A stretch of DNA of 64,000 bases from the NCBI GenBank assembly GCA_963703955.1, contig CAVPGK010000018.1, positions 1-64,000 on the forward strand, given 5' to 3'. The notes beneath the pieces are model-generated. The model ran no database searches, was not told where the DNA came from, and was given only the letters and a program-made list of their open reading frames with translations. The number at the start of each line of letters is the position of its first letter. Within the stretch, counting starts at the first letter, position 1. Shown here one piece after another: positions 22,276 to 32,816 of this stretch. The position numbers and the translations under genes are program-made. This stretch comes from Nitrospirota bacterium. Lineage in GTDB: Bacteria > Nitrospirota > Nitrospiria > Nitrospirales > Nitrospiraceae.

Positions 22276-22980
22276 GTGACTAAAGGCGCGATGCTTTACG
22301 AAGGCAAGGCCAAGAAGCTGTTCGAGACGGACCAGCCGGACCGCGTGATCCAATATTTCAAAGACGACGCGACCGCGTTCAACGCGCAGAAGCGGGGAAC
22401 GATCGTTGAAAAAGGCGTCGTCAACAACAAGGTGTCAGAACGGCTGTTTCGTCTCCTGGAGGATGGCGGGGTGCCCACTCATTTTGTTCAGCGGTTGAGC
22501 GATCGCGAGATGCTGACGAAACGGGTGACGATCGTCCCTATCGAGGTGGTGGTCCGCAATCGAGTGGCCGGCAGCTTGGTGAAGCGGTTGGGCCTGAAAG
22601 ACGGAGACATCATCGATCCACCGATCGCGGAGTTCTACTACAAGAACGACGCGCTGGGCGATCCGTTAATCACCGAGGATCATATTCGGTTGTTGAAACT
22701 GGCCGAGCCACACTTGGTGGCAGAGATCAAGCACTGGGCGCTAAGGATTAACAAGATTTTGATGCCGTTTTTCAGAGAGCGGCATATGACCCTGGTGGAT
22801 TTCAAGGTGGAATTCGGTCTGCACAACGGCAAGCTAGTCTTGGCGGATGAGATTTCGCCGGATACGTGTCGGTTCTGGGACGAGCGGACGGGCGAGTCGA
22901 TGGACAAAGATCGGTTTAGGAAGGATTTGGGGAAGGTTGAGGAAGCGTATCAGGAAGTATTGCGTCGGGTATGCGGGTGA
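22276..22980 (+). CDS. purC: SAICAR synthetase
   Basis: LYEGKAKKL, FKDDATAFN, LVDFKVEFG, LADEISPDTCRFWD, DKDRFR. Confidence 0.97.
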   Translation: MTKGAMLYEGKAKKLFETDQPDRVIQYFKDDATAFNAQKRGTIVEKGVVNNKVSERLFRLLEDGGVPTHFVQRLSDREMLTKRVTIVPIEVVVRNRVAGSLVKRLGLKDGDIIDPPIAEFYYKNDALGDPLITEDHIRLLKLAEPHLVAEIKHWALRINKILMPFFRERHMTLVDFKVEFGLHNGKLVLADEISPDTCRFWDERTGESMDKDRFRKDLGKVEEAYQEVLRRVCG

Positions 22981-22993
22981 GGACGAAGATCGC

Positions 22994-23085
22994 GGGATGG
23001 TCAGGCTAGTCTCCGCGCTCGCAGAGCGCGCACGATCGGAGTGTGCCCGCTCAATGCGCGCAGTAGAGACTAGCCTAACCACCCC
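22994..23085. repeat. Stem-closed palindromic element, copy 1 (52-nt core)
   Basis: Stem GGGATGGTCAGGCTAGTCTC / GAGACTAGCCTAACCACCCC around core CGCGCTCGCAGAGCGCGCACGATCGGAGTGTGCCCGCTCAATGCGCGCAGTA. Confidence 0.85.
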
Positions 23086-23139
23086 ACGAAGATAGATCGA
23101 CTCGCCCTAAAAAGAGGGAATGGGGGAGGGAGAAGAGAG

Positions 23140-23379
23140 GTGAAGGCGAAGATTCATGTGACGCTGAAGGCGGGGATCTTGGATCCGCAGGGGAAGGCGA
23201 TTGAGCATGCTTTGGCGACGTTGGGCTATAACGCCGTGGGCAATGTGCGGGTGGGGAAGTACATGGAGTTGGAGTTGAGCGAGTCGTCGAAAGACAAGGC
23301 CGAAGCGCAAGTCAAGGCGATGTGCGAGAAGCTCTTGGCGAATACGGTCATCGAAGAATATCAGTACGAATTACAGTGA
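23140..23379 (+). CDS. purS: FGAM synthase subunit PurS
   Basis: LKAGILDPQGKAI, VRVGKY, MCEKLLANTVIEEY. Confidence 0.96.
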   Translation: MKAKIHVTLKAGILDPQGKAIEHALATLGYNAVGNVRVGKYMELELSESSKDKAEAQVKAMCEKLLANTVIEEYQYELQ

Positions 23380-23526
23380 TCTAAAGAAGGGGTTGTCGGC
23401 ACAGAAGATCGATTCGAAGTTTTAAAATTCTGGGCGGTGCTCGTTGGATGCGCGCAGTGTAGGCGACCCTCGGCGCCCCCTTGTGGCTTGGCCATTCGCC
23501 AAGAGTGGACGGTGAGGAAGTAAGAG

Positions 23527-24252
23527 ATGAACATCGGCGTCGTTGTCTTTCCCGGTTCTAACTGCGATCACGATTGCGAGCATGTCTTTGCGGATGTGCT
23601 GGGTCAGACGGTTCAGATGGTTTGGCACAAAGAGAAGTCGTTGGCCGGGCTGGACGCGGTGATTCTTCCGGGCGGATTCTCCTACGGTGATTATTTGCGC
23701 ACCGGCGCGATCGCGCGGTTTTCACCGGTCATGAGTGCCATCAAGCAATTCTCGGATGCCGGCGGGATGATTCTCGGCATCTGTAACGGCTTTCAGATCT
23801 TGCTCGAAGCCGGCCTGCTACCCGGCGCCATGCTGCGGAACCAGTCCCTCTCATTTATTTGCCGCGATGTCTATGTTCGGGTCGAGAATGCGGCGACGCC
23901 ATTCACGGGCCGATGCGAGTCCGGGCAGGTCTTGAAACTACCCATTGCCCATGCGGACGGCAATTACTACACCGACCCGGTCACCCTGTCGGCGTTACAG
24001 GCCAATGCCCAGATCGTCTTTCGCTACTGCGCGCCTGACGGCAAGGCGTCACCAGACGCGAATCCGAATGGCTCCCTCGACAACATCGCCGGTATCAAGA
24101 ACGCCGCGGGCAACGTCCTCGGCATGATGCCGCACCCCGAACGCTGCGCCGAGGAAGTCTTGGGGAATGACGACGGGAGGTTAGTCTTTCTCTCGATGTT
24201 GGATGTCCTGAAGAAAGCGAAGCTGCAGCCGAAGATGGCAATTGCAACCTAA
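23527..24252 (+). CDS. purQ: FGAM synthase glutaminase subunit PurQ
   Basis: [35 protein letters not shown]. Confidence 0.97.
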   Translation: MNIGVVVFPGSNCDHDCEHVFADVLGQTVQMVWHKEKSLAGLDAVILPGGFSYGDYLRTGAIARFSPVMSAIKQFSDAGGMILGICNGFQILLEAGLLPGAMLRNQSLSFICRDVYVRVENAATPFTGRCESGQVLKLPIAHADGNYYTDPVTLSALQANAQIVFRYCAPDGKASPDANPNGSLDNIAGIKNAAGNVLGMMPHPERCAEEVLGNDDGRLVFLSMLDVLKKAKLQPKMAIAT

Positions 24253-24253
24253 C

Positions 24254-24437
24254 ATGGCCAAAAAAAGTAAAGATCTGGTACGACCCTGAAGGCGATCATC
24301 TGGAAGTCATCTTTGATCAAAAACCAGGCTATTTCCGCGAGACGGTCAGCGATCAAGTGATGGAAAAGGTGGATGAAACGGGCAACATTCTCGGGTTTTC
24401 GGTGCTCAAGGTAAGAAGCATGCCGGATACCGTCTGA
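24254..24437 (+). CDS. DUF2283-like small protein (one extra A in a homopolymer)
   Basis: Corrected translation MAKKVKIWYDPEGDHLEVIFDQKPGYFRETVSDQVMEKVDETGNILGFSVLKV. Confidence 0.7.
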
Positions 24438-24439
24438 GC

Positions 24440-24701
24440 ATGTTAGAAGAGTTTCCCTATGGATTAACGATACATGCTACCAAGGTTATCACTGAACGTG
24501 AAATTCCTAAGGAATGGATTGCCCGTGCTCTCGTATCCCGCAAAAACTGATCCTGATAGAAGTGATCCGGAACTTCGTCATGCTTTGGCTGTTATCCCCG
24601 AATTTGGGAACCGCGTACTTCGCGTGATTTATAATCACACAACTAACCCATGGCTCGTTGTGAGCGTCTATTTCGATCGAACACAAAGAGGTCGCATATG
24701 A
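24440..24701 (+). CDS. DUF4258-like (RelE/BrnT-fold) putative toxin, one indel
   Basis: LTIHATKVITEREIPKEWI, then in the next frame PEFGNRVLRVIYN...VVSVYFDR. Confidence 0.7.
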
Positions 24702-24898
24702 AGGTGCATTTTGACGAGAAAGCCGACGCACTCTATTTGCGGCTGGACGACTCCAAAATCATAGAGTCACAAGAGGTCCAGCCGGGTATCGTACTGGACT
24801 TCAACGAGCACAATCAGGTCGTCGGTATCGAAATTTTAAGAGTGAAGAGCCGGGTTCCCCTTGCCAATCTAAAACAGATGCAATTTGAGATTGCCTGA
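24698..24898 (+). CDS. DUF2283 family protein (putative antitoxin)
   Basis: MKVHFDEKADALYLRL...ESQEVQPGIVLDFNEHNQVVGIEIL; ATGA overlap with the upstream gene. Confidence 0.85.
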   Translation: MKVHFDEKADALYLRLDDSKIIESQEVQPGIVLDFNEHNQVVGIEILRVKSRVPLANLKQMQFEIA

Positions 24899-24919
24899 GT
24901 TGCATTTGGCGTTGAACGC

Positions 24920-27182
24920 ATGAAAACCGACGGACTTGTGACCACCAAAGACCTCATCGCGCAGCACGGGCTCTCTGACGACGAATACAAGAAGATTGTC
25001 GAGATCCTCGGGCGGGAGCCGAATCTGACCGAGCTCGGCATGTTCTCCGTCATGTGGAGCGAGCATTGCTCCTATAAGAGCTCGCGCGTACATCTCAAAC
25101 GCTTGCCGACGACCGGGCCACGGGTGGTGCAGGGGCCTGGGGAGAATGCGGGGGCGGTGGACATCGGTGATGGATTGGCGGCCGTCTTTAAGATGGAATC
25201 GCACAACCACCCGTCCTTTATTGAGCCGTACCAAGGGGCGGCGACCGGCGTGGGGGGAATTCTCAGGGATATCTTTACCATGGGTGCTCGGCCGGTTGCC
25301 TTGTTGGACTCGCTGCGATTCGGGTCGCTCGAACATCCGCGCAATCGCCATCTCCTTAAGGGCGTCGTCGCTGGAATTTCTGGATACGGGAATTGTACCG
25401 GGGTGCCGACGATCGGGGGCGAGGTCGTCTTCAACGACATTTATAGCCACAACCCGCTCGTCAATGTCTTCTGTCTCGGGATTGCCAGGAAGGATCGGAT
25501 CTTTAGAGGAAAGGCAGTTGGAATCGGCAACCCGGTCATCTATGTCGGGTCGAAGACTGGCCGCGATGGGATTCATGGGGCAACGATGGCGTCGGATGCC
25601 TTTGATGAAGCGTCCGAATCGAAACGCCCGACCGTGCAGGTCGGTGATCCGTTTACCGAAAAGCTGTTGCTGGAGGCTTGCCTTGAATTGATGTCCGGTG
25701 ATGTTCTCGTCGGTATCCAGGACATGGGCGCAGCCGGATTGACGAGCTCATCCTGCGAAATGGCGTCACGGGCGGGAACAGGCATCGATCTGGATTTGAC
25801 CCATGTCCCGCGCCGTGAGCCTGGTATGACTGCCTATGAGCTGATGCTCTCGGAATCGCAAGAGCGGATGCTGATGGTCGCTCAGGAGGGCAAGCAGGAC
25901 GAGGTGTTGCGAATCTGCCGAAAGTGGGATCTCGATGTGGCGGTGGTAGGTCGCGTGACCGGCGACGGCATGTTGCGGGTGCACGATAACGGCAAGGTCG
26001 TCGCCGAAATTCCGGCGAAGGCCTTGGCCGAGGATGGCCCGCGCTACGAGCGTCCCAACGCGCCCCCCGCGTACCAAGAATATCTCCAGTCCATGAATTT
26101 GGATGCCCTACCGGATGTGAAGGACGCCACCAGCGCGTTGCTCTGCTTGCTGGAGTCGCCGACCATCGCCAGCAAGCGGTGGGTCTATCAGCAGTACGAT
26201 CACATGGTGCGCACCAACACGCTCGTGCGGCCGGGTTCCGATGCGGCCGTCCTTCGGATCAAAGGCACTAACAAAGCGCTGGCGATGACCACGGACGGCA
26301 ACGGACGCTACTGCGTGTTGAATCCCTATCTCGGCGGCAGCATCGCCGTGGCCGAAGCTGCGCGCAATCTGGTGTGCTCCGGCGCCGAACCGATCGGGCT
26401 GACCGATTGCCTGAACTTCGGGAATCCCGAGCGGCCCGACGTCATGTGGCAGTTTGTTTTGTCCATCGAGGGCATCGCCGATGCATGCGAGGCGCTCGCA
26501 GATTCCCGTGGTCAGCGGCAACGTGAGCTTCTATAACGAGACGAATGGCCTATCGATCTATCCCACACCGATCCTCGGCATGGTCGGGCTGATCGAGCCG
26601 GCCGAACGGGCTATGACGCAATGGTTCAAGCAGGCGGGGGACACGGTCATGCTTCTCGGCTCGACAAAAGAAGATTTGGGCGGGACGGAATACGTTCGAG
26701 TGATTCATCACCGCGAACAAGGGGCGCCCGCCGTATCTGAGTGTGGAGACGGAGAAGGTGCTGCAGGCAGCCGTGCTGAAGCTCATCCGCGAAGGGTTGG
26801 TGCGGTCCGCGCATGATTGCTCCGATGGCGGGTTGGCGGTGGCGCTTGCGGAATGTCTCTCTCTCATCCCACACAACCACTCGGGGCTGTGCTAAAATTG
26901 ACCCTTCACGGACTCCGGCGAGATGCGCTGCTGTTCGGGGAGAGCCAGTCGAGGGTGATTCTCTCGGTCAGCCCTGGCCGGGTCGATGAGGTTCTGGCCA
27001 TTGCGCGAGACCTGGACGTACCTGCTGAGGCGATCGGCAGGGTAGGCGGCGATCGATTGGTGATCGAAGTCGAGGGTGATCAGCGGGTCGCCGGTTGCCG
27101 AATTGATGTGGATGTTAAGACGCTTCAGGATCGTTGGGCCAATAGTCTGCAACGTGCACTTGAGGAAGGGAAGGAACAATAG
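24920..27182 (+). CDS. purL: FGAM synthase subunit PurL (indels near 26500-26870)
   Basis: [61 protein letters not shown]. Confidence 0.97.
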
Positions 27183-27242
27183 GCAAATGAGTAAGGACAA
27201 GATGGATTGTCCTATTGCCTCTCGCCCCCGTCGACGGTTGTT

Positions 27243-28661
27243 ATGCAATTGATCACACCCGACAAATTTCACGATGAGTGCGCGGTCTTCGGCATCCACG
27301 GCCACAAGGAGGCCGCCAATCTGGCCTACCTCGGTCTGTACGCGCTGCAGCATCGGGGGCAGGAGGGTTCCGGCATCGTGTCGTCGGACGGCCAGCATTT
27401 CTATTTGGAAAAGGCGATGGGGCTCGTGGCCGACATCTACACCAAGCCGGTGTTGAAGCGGCTTCCCGGGTACATGGCGATCGGCCACAACCGCTACTCG
27501 ACCGCCGGCGGCAGTAACCTCAAGAACGTCCAGCCGCTGACCGTCAATTTTGCGTTCGGGAACCTCGCGCTGGCGCACAACGGCAATCTCATCAATGCCA
27601 CCATGCTGCGCCATGAATTGGAAGCCTACGGGGCGATCTTCCAGTCCACGACCGATAGTGAAGTGATCATCCATCTGATCGCGCACTCGCGGGCCGACAG
27701 CCTGCTCGCTAGGATCATCGACGCATTGAGCCAAGTGCGGGGCGCCTTCTCGGTCGTGCTGTTGACCGATGACAACGTGATCGCCGCGCGGGATTCGTAC
27801 GGCTTGCGCCCACTGTGCTTAGGTCGGCTCAAGGATAGCTGGATGGTGGCCTCCGAAACCTGCGCCTTCGATCTGATCGGGGCGGAGTACGTTCGAGAGA
27901 TCGAGCCCGGTGAACTCGTCGTGTTGGATAAAGCGGGCGTGACCTCTCACAGGCCGTTCACCCAGACCGCGCCGGCCCAGTGCGTGTTCGAATACGTCTA
28001 CTTCTCCAGGCCCGACAGCAAGATTTTCGGCGGCAACACGGTCTACATGACGCGCAAGGCATTGGGCCGGCAATTGGCGAAGGAAGCGTACGTCGAAGCC
28101 GATGTCGTGATCCCGGTCCCGGATTCCGGCGTGGCGGCGGCGCTGGGCTATTCAGAAGGATCGGGCATCCCGTTTGAGAATGGGTTGATCCGGAACCACT
28201 ACGTCGGGCGCACCTTCATCGAGCCCGAACAGTCCATCCGTCACTTCGGGGTCAAGATCAAATTGAACGCGGTCCCGGATGTACTAGCGGGCAAGCGCGT
28301 CGTGGTCGTCGATGACTCGATCGTGCGTGGCACCACCAGCCGCAAGATCGTCAAGATGCTGCGCCATGCGGGTGCGAAAGAGGTCCACATGCGCATCAGC
28401 TCGCCCCCGATCGTCTCGCCGTGCTTTTATGGGATCGATACGCCGACCAAACGCGAATTGATCGGGTCGAGTCACACGGCGCAGGAGATCAGGAAATACA
28501 TCACCGCCGACAGCCTGGCCTATCTAAGCCTCGGAGGCATGCTCAATGCTTCGCCGGGCAACCCTCGCCATTACTGCACCGCCTGCTTCACCGAGCAGTA
28601 CCCGATTCCGTTCACGAAGGCCGAGGAGCTTCAATTGGGTCTGTTCGAAGGCACGCATTAA
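27243..28661 (+). CDS. purF: Amidophosphoribosyltransferase
   Basis: [45 protein letters not shown]. Confidence 0.97.
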   Translation: MQLITPDKFHDECAVFGIHGHKEAANLAYLGLYALQHRGQEGSGIVSSDGQHFYLEKAMGLVADIYTKPVLKRLPGYMAIGHNRYSTAGGSNLKNVQPLTVNFAFGNLALAHNGNLINATMLRHELEAYGAIFQSTTDSEVIIHLIAHSRADSLLARIIDALSQVRGAFSVVLLTDDNVIAARDSYGLRPLCLGRLKDSWMVASETCAFDLIGAEYVREIEPGELVVLDKAGVTSHRPFTQTAPAQCVFEYVYFSRPDSKIFGGNTVYMTRKALGRQLAKEAYVEADVVIPVPDSGVAAALGYSEGSGIPFENGLIRNHYVGRTFIEPEQSIRHFGVKIKLNAVPDVLAGKRVVVVDDSIVRGTTSRKIVKMLRHAGAKEVHMRISSPPIVSPCFYGIDTPTKRELIGSSHTAQEIRKYITADSLAYLSLGGMLNASPGNPRHYCTACFTEQYPIPFTKAEELQLGLFEGTH

Positions 28662-28740
28662 TCTTGCTGGCTGGAGTTGGAAAGCACCTTTCGTCTGATC
28701 GAGCCTGGTAGCGCGGAGAGGTCTCGCGCACGAGGGACGC

Positions 28741-29377
28741 ATGGTTGAGCAGCTTATCGTGCGTAAGCCGTGCACCATCATATCTGTCCACCCAGTTTTG
28801 GGCAGTACAATGCTGCAGCGGCTCATTGAACGTCTTCCGTTGGAACCAGCCTTGGAATTCGGGGATCACGTCCTGTCATCAGATTCACCAACACCTGGAG
28901 AGACTCGAGAAGGAGCACGGTGAAAAGATTTATGGCACAAACGGTTGGAAGGGGTTAGTCGGTCCCACCGAACTCTCACAGTACCTCGCCAGTTCTTGGG
29001 ACCTTGACCGAATCTATTACTACCTCATTCAGGAAAATCTGGGAGAGGCTTCGGAGTCACGCCTTGACGAGACAACCAGAGCCGTCACCATGGAAATGGA
29101 GACGCTCCGTTCCAGAACAGAGAATGCGAGTATGATGCCAGTCCACTATGCCCTTGTTGCACTACGCTCATCGATTCCCGATGAACCCATTGCGAAAGGG
29201 CGATCAGAACACGGTGTAGAAGGAGTTGCAGAAAGAGTGGAAGAGGCTTTAAGGGATGTCGAGATCTACATTAGGGATACGGAACCGACTCCAGACGGAA
29301 GTGGCCACATCAAACGTACGATAGCGGAGATCCGGAATCGAATGAAAGACGGCGGGTATATCAATCACAGCATCTGA
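28741..29377 (+). CDS. Hypothetical protein, possibly frameshifted or a fragment
   Basis: Lower-GC ORF; the C-terminal ~150 aa look helical and protein-like; start uncertain. Confidence 0.4.
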
Positions 29378-29741
29378 CGGACGATTGGTTCTGATACCAA
29401 CTGACTCTGCAACGTCTCAAGACATTACCCGTCTATGAGCTGGGTATGTGTCAGCCTTCATTGCTCAGTTTTGAGACTTGGGAAGTTCGTGGGTATCTTC
29501 GTTCGGAACGTCTGTGACCTTGCTGGCTCTTTCATGTTCGGCGTGTTATGTGTCAAATTCAAGTCTGCTTGTTTGGCCCGGGGAAGAAGTTGTTAGCTTT
29601 GCTTTTGCTCCTGAGGTGCTAGGTACAGCATCCAGGTGTCTCCTCCAATCCTCTGTTGCCCGTCAAAATTTCCCCGTGTTAGGATAGCCTCACCTGGCGG
29701 TGACGAATCAATCTGACGCCGTTGTTTTGAGGAGGCGGATT

Positions 29742-30287
29742 ATGAAACGGATTATCATTGGATTGCTGCCCGTTATGCTGGTTGTGCTTACCGTTGTCGC
29801 ATCGGCGAAGAGTTTTTTTAAGATCGGCGAGAAGGCGCCGACGTTTACGCTGACCTCGATCACTGGCGAGACGGTGGCGTTAGACAGTCTCAAAGGTAAG
29901 GTGATCGTGCTGGGCCTGTTCCATATCTGCGAGCCGTGCATGATGCAGGGGACCAACTTACAAAAGGTCCATGAGGCGACGCGCGGCAAGGATGTGGCGG
30001 TAGTGGGGGTGAACTCCTCAGGCGATTCCAAGAAGGCGGTGACGGAATTCCTCACGCAATTTCCCGTCAAGGTCACCTACCCGTATCTCATCGATCCCAA
30101 CAAGACGACCGATAAGCTGTACGGTGGCGGCAAGTTTATTCCCAACGTCTACATCATCGACCGGGACGGCGTCATCCGGTGGCAACGGGTCGGCAACATG
30201 GACCTGGCCGGCGCGGACGTGATTCTTGGCGAAGTCAACAAGCTGCTCGGCGAGAACGGCACGACGAAAGGCAGCAGCGGACTGTAA
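29742..30287 (+). CDS. Exported TlpA/redoxin family thiol-disulfide protein
   Basis: Signal peptide; GEKAPTFTL, CEPC motif, IPNVYIIDRDGVIR; GAGGAGG RBS. Confidence 0.88.
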   Translation: MKRIIIGLLPVMLVVLTVVASAKSFFKIGEKAPTFTLTSITGETVALDSLKGKVIVLGLFHICEPCMMQGTNLQKVHEATRGKDVAVVGVNSSGDSKKAVTEFLTQFPVKVTYPYLIDPNKTTDKLYGGGKFIPNVYIIDRDGVIRWQRVGNMDLAGADVILGEVNKLLGENGTTKGSSGL

Positions 30288-30328
30288 CTGAAGTCAACAG
30301 TCACCTGTCATGGGTCTAGTGAGGTCAC

Positions 30329-30568
30329 ATGAGCGAATGGGATGAGGGTAAACAGAAATTTCTCGACCTGGTGACGAGCGTCGATGGTTCGGTGCAGGTC
30401 GTGATACCCGTCACGCCTTCGAACAGCATGTTTCTCATCTCGCTGACCAAAGGGCCTAACCGCAAGTTCATCACCGTGCCCGAGGATGACATCATCGATC
30501 TGCCGAATGAATCGGATATCGAGGCGAAGGTGACCAAAATCGTGAAGGATGCCGTGGCGGCTCTATAG
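30329..30568 (+). CDS. Conserved hypothetical protein
   Basis: 79-aa ORF with GAGGT RBS and normal codon usage. Confidence 0.7.
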   Translation: MSEWDEGKQKFLDLVTSVDGSVQVVIPVTPSNSMFLISLTKGPNRKFITVPEDDIIDLPNESDIEAKVTKIVKDAVAAL

Positions 30569-30573
30569 GTCGT

Positions 30574-30611
30574 CAGGCAAGGGGCGAGGGGCGAGAGGCT
30601 AGGGCAAGGGA
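30574..30611 (+). repeat. Short tandem heptamer array (GGCRAGR)
   Basis: GGCAAGG GGCGAGG GGCGAGA GGCTAG GGCAAGG. Confidence 0.6.
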
Positions 30612-30626
30612 AAACAACAAGCCACG

Positions 30627-31358
30627 ATGATGAAGCAAGTCCTTCCAGGTATCTGGCAATGGTCGTGGTTCTCGCAAGAGAAGCAAATCGATTTCAACGG
30701 GCTGTTCCTCACGGTGGGCGAGCACCGCGTGCTCGTGGACCCGCCCCCGATGAACCCCGAGGAGATGGCCCAAGCCCGGCGGGGCGGTCAGATCGACTAC
30801 GTTCTGATCACCAACCGCGACCATTCGCGTGAAGCAGCCGCCTATCGAAAGGAGTTCAACTGCCAAGTATGGGTACCGGAGGTCGATGCGTCCCAGATGG
30901 ACATCCAGGCCGACAAGACTTACAAGGACGGTGAATTGCTGTCCGGCGGCATTTGGGCCGTTCATCTGACGGATCAGAAATCTCCCGGGGAATGCGCGCT
31001 CTTTCTTCAGCAGATACCGGGACAGGGCGCGTCTATTAGAACGCCGCTCGGCCGAGACCTCGCAGCTAGGGAGCGCGACCGGGAAAGGCCTGTCTTGGCA
31101 GGCCGGGGTGGGGAGGGTGAAATAGCTGGTGGGCGGGTGGAAAGTGGCATCATGATCGTCGGGGATGCGCTGATCGGGAAACCGCCCGGGTCGCTCAGCC
31201 TGCTGCCGGCAGAGAAGTACGCGGATTTGGGGAAGGCCCGGGAGGGCTTGCGGCGATTGCTGAAATACAATTTCGATACGCTACTCGTCGGCGACGGAGC
31301 CTCCATCATGACGGGCGCAAAACAGGTCGTCGCAAAGGTACTGACGAACAAGCCATGA
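30627..31358 (+). CDS. Metallo-beta-lactamase-fold protein with an in-frame repeat-derived insert
   Basis: VLVDPP, ITNRDHSR, KSPGE, IVGDALIG, LLVGDG; low-complexity ~40-aa stretch at ~31015-31145. Confidence 0.75.
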   Translation: MMKQVLPGIWQWSWFSQEKQIDFNGLFLTVGEHRVLVDPPPMNPEEMAQARRGGQIDYVLITNRDHSREAAAYRKEFNCQVWVPEVDASQMDIQADKTYKDGELLSGGIWAVHLTDQKSPGECALFLQQIPGQGASIRTPLGRDLAARERDRERPVLAGRGGEGEIAGGRVESGIMIVGDALIGKPPGSLSLLPAEKYADLGKAREGLRRLLKYNFDTLLVGDGASIMTGAKQVVAKVLTNKP

Positions 31359-32173
31359 ACACCCCGTCTGGGCAACTGAATCGGCAAGGCAACGAGCAAT
31401 TTTCACGCGGCGACTACACGCAGGCGTACGTGTGCTACGCGCAGGCGCTTGAATGCGACCGCTTGAGCGGGGACCGGAGGGCCCTGGCGGCGACATTGGG
31501 CAACCTCGGCAATATCTGCGCGGTGAGCGGGCGGCGGGAGCAGGCGCAAACGTATTACCAGGAAGTGCTCGAGTTGCAAAAGATCTTGGGGGATGAACGT
31601 GGGATCGGCACGACGCTGGCGAATTTGGGCAACCTGCGCGCGGACGCCGGTGAGTGGGATCGTGCCCGAGCCTACTATCTAGAAGCCTTGGACATGATGA
31701 CCCGCTCGGGTGACGACGCCGGCAAAGCCGTGCTGTTTTCGGACTTGGGCCTGGTCTCGCGTGAAAACGGTCAGTATGACGAAGCCATGCAGTATTACGA
31801 GCAATCGTTGACGCTGATGCGTCGCACCGACAACCAGGCCGGCATGGCGGATACTTGGCGCATGATGGCCCGCACCTACGCGATGCAGGATCGAACCGAC
31901 GAAGCGCTCGCGTGTTGCCGGACGAGCCTCGCGATCGCGGAGCGCGAACGCGATGAATTACGAATCGGCGGGGCATGGTACCTCATGGCGGGGTGTTATG
32001 AACAGCTCGGTCGCCTTCGTGAAGCGGCTGACCTGCTCGAACGCGTGGTTCGAGTCGATCGGAAATATCGCCTGCCCAAATTGGAAGAAAATACCAAGCG
32101 GCTGGAAACCTTGCGTGCTCGGCTGGACGCGGACGGATCGATGGATATACCGGGACAAGAGACAGGCTCATGA
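31355..32173 (+). CDS. Tetratricopeptide repeat protein
   Basis: Repeated TLGNLGN / TLANLGN / FSDLGL ... A..YY..AL units. Confidence 0.9.
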   Translation: MNTPSGQLNRQGNEQFSRGDYTQAYVCYAQALECDRLSGDRRALAATLGNLGNICAVSGRREQAQTYYQEVLELQKILGDERGIGTTLANLGNLRADAGEWDRARAYYLEALDMMTRSGDDAGKAVLFSDLGLVSRENGQYDEAMQYYEQSLTLMRRTDNQAGMADTWRMMARTYAMQDRTDEALACCRTSLAIAERERDELRIGGAWYLMAGCYEQLGRLREAADLLERVVRVDRKYRLPKLEENTKRLETLRARLDADGSMDIPGQETGS

Positions 32174-32604
32174 GCCAGACTTCCCTCACCCCGCCTCCGT
32201 GGGAGCAGACCCGCTCGCAATTGTGTCAAAGTGACCCCGAGTTTTATGAACTTGAGCCAGGCGGGGCCCTGGCTCTGCCGTTGGGGACTGAAGGCTGGAT
32301 GCTCGAGGTCACACCTGACGGGCGACTGATCTGCCAGACCGGCATGGACATGGACGATATCCAAAGTCTGTTGTCGGATGGGACGCCGGAAGATTTGGGT
32401 ACCGATGAGCTGGCCAAGCAGGCCAAGTACTACCTGCAACCGACCGTCTCCAAATTCAGAAAAGCGCTGATCGGCGCCGGATTCGAAGAGAATACTGAAA
32501 TGAACGATGAATATGTGGCGGTGACCTTTCAACGAGCGGTTGACTTTGGAAATCTTGAAGAAGTGAAGCAAACAGTGAGCTGGTGCCGGCAGCAATTTAA
32601 GTAG
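32170..32604 (+). CDS. Conserved hypothetical acidic protein
   Basis: ATGA overlap with the TPR gene; 144 aa. Confidence 0.75.
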   Translation: MSQTSLTPPPWEQTRSQLCQSDPEFYELEPGGALALPLGTEGWMLEVTPDGRLICQTGMDMDDIQSLLSDGTPEDLGTDELAKQAKYYLQPTVSKFRKALIGAGFEENTEMNDEYVAVTFQRAVDFGNLEEVKQTVSWCRQQFK

Positions 32605-32660
32605 GAAGACGGATGGCAGGGATGCTTCCCATATTCCGCAGCGCGCACGCCGACAAAGAG

Positions 32661-32760
32661 GCGGGAGACGATCGGGATGATTCCCGTGCTCCCGGAGCGC
32701 GCACGATCGGAATGTGCCCGCTCGACGGCCGCGATAGGAATCATCCCAATCGCCTCCCGC
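32661..32760. repeat. Stem-closed palindromic element, copy 2 (52-nt core)
   Basis: Stem GCGGGAGACGATCGGGATGATTCC / GGAATCATCCCAATCGCCTCCCGC around core CGTGCTCCCGGAGCGCGCACGATCGGAATGTGCCCGCTCGACGGCCGCGATA. Confidence 0.85.
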
Positions 32761-32816
32761 AGGAGCGCTCGAAGAAAAGCGGCAAGAGCCGCACTATATT
32801 GTGAGATGCCTACCTT

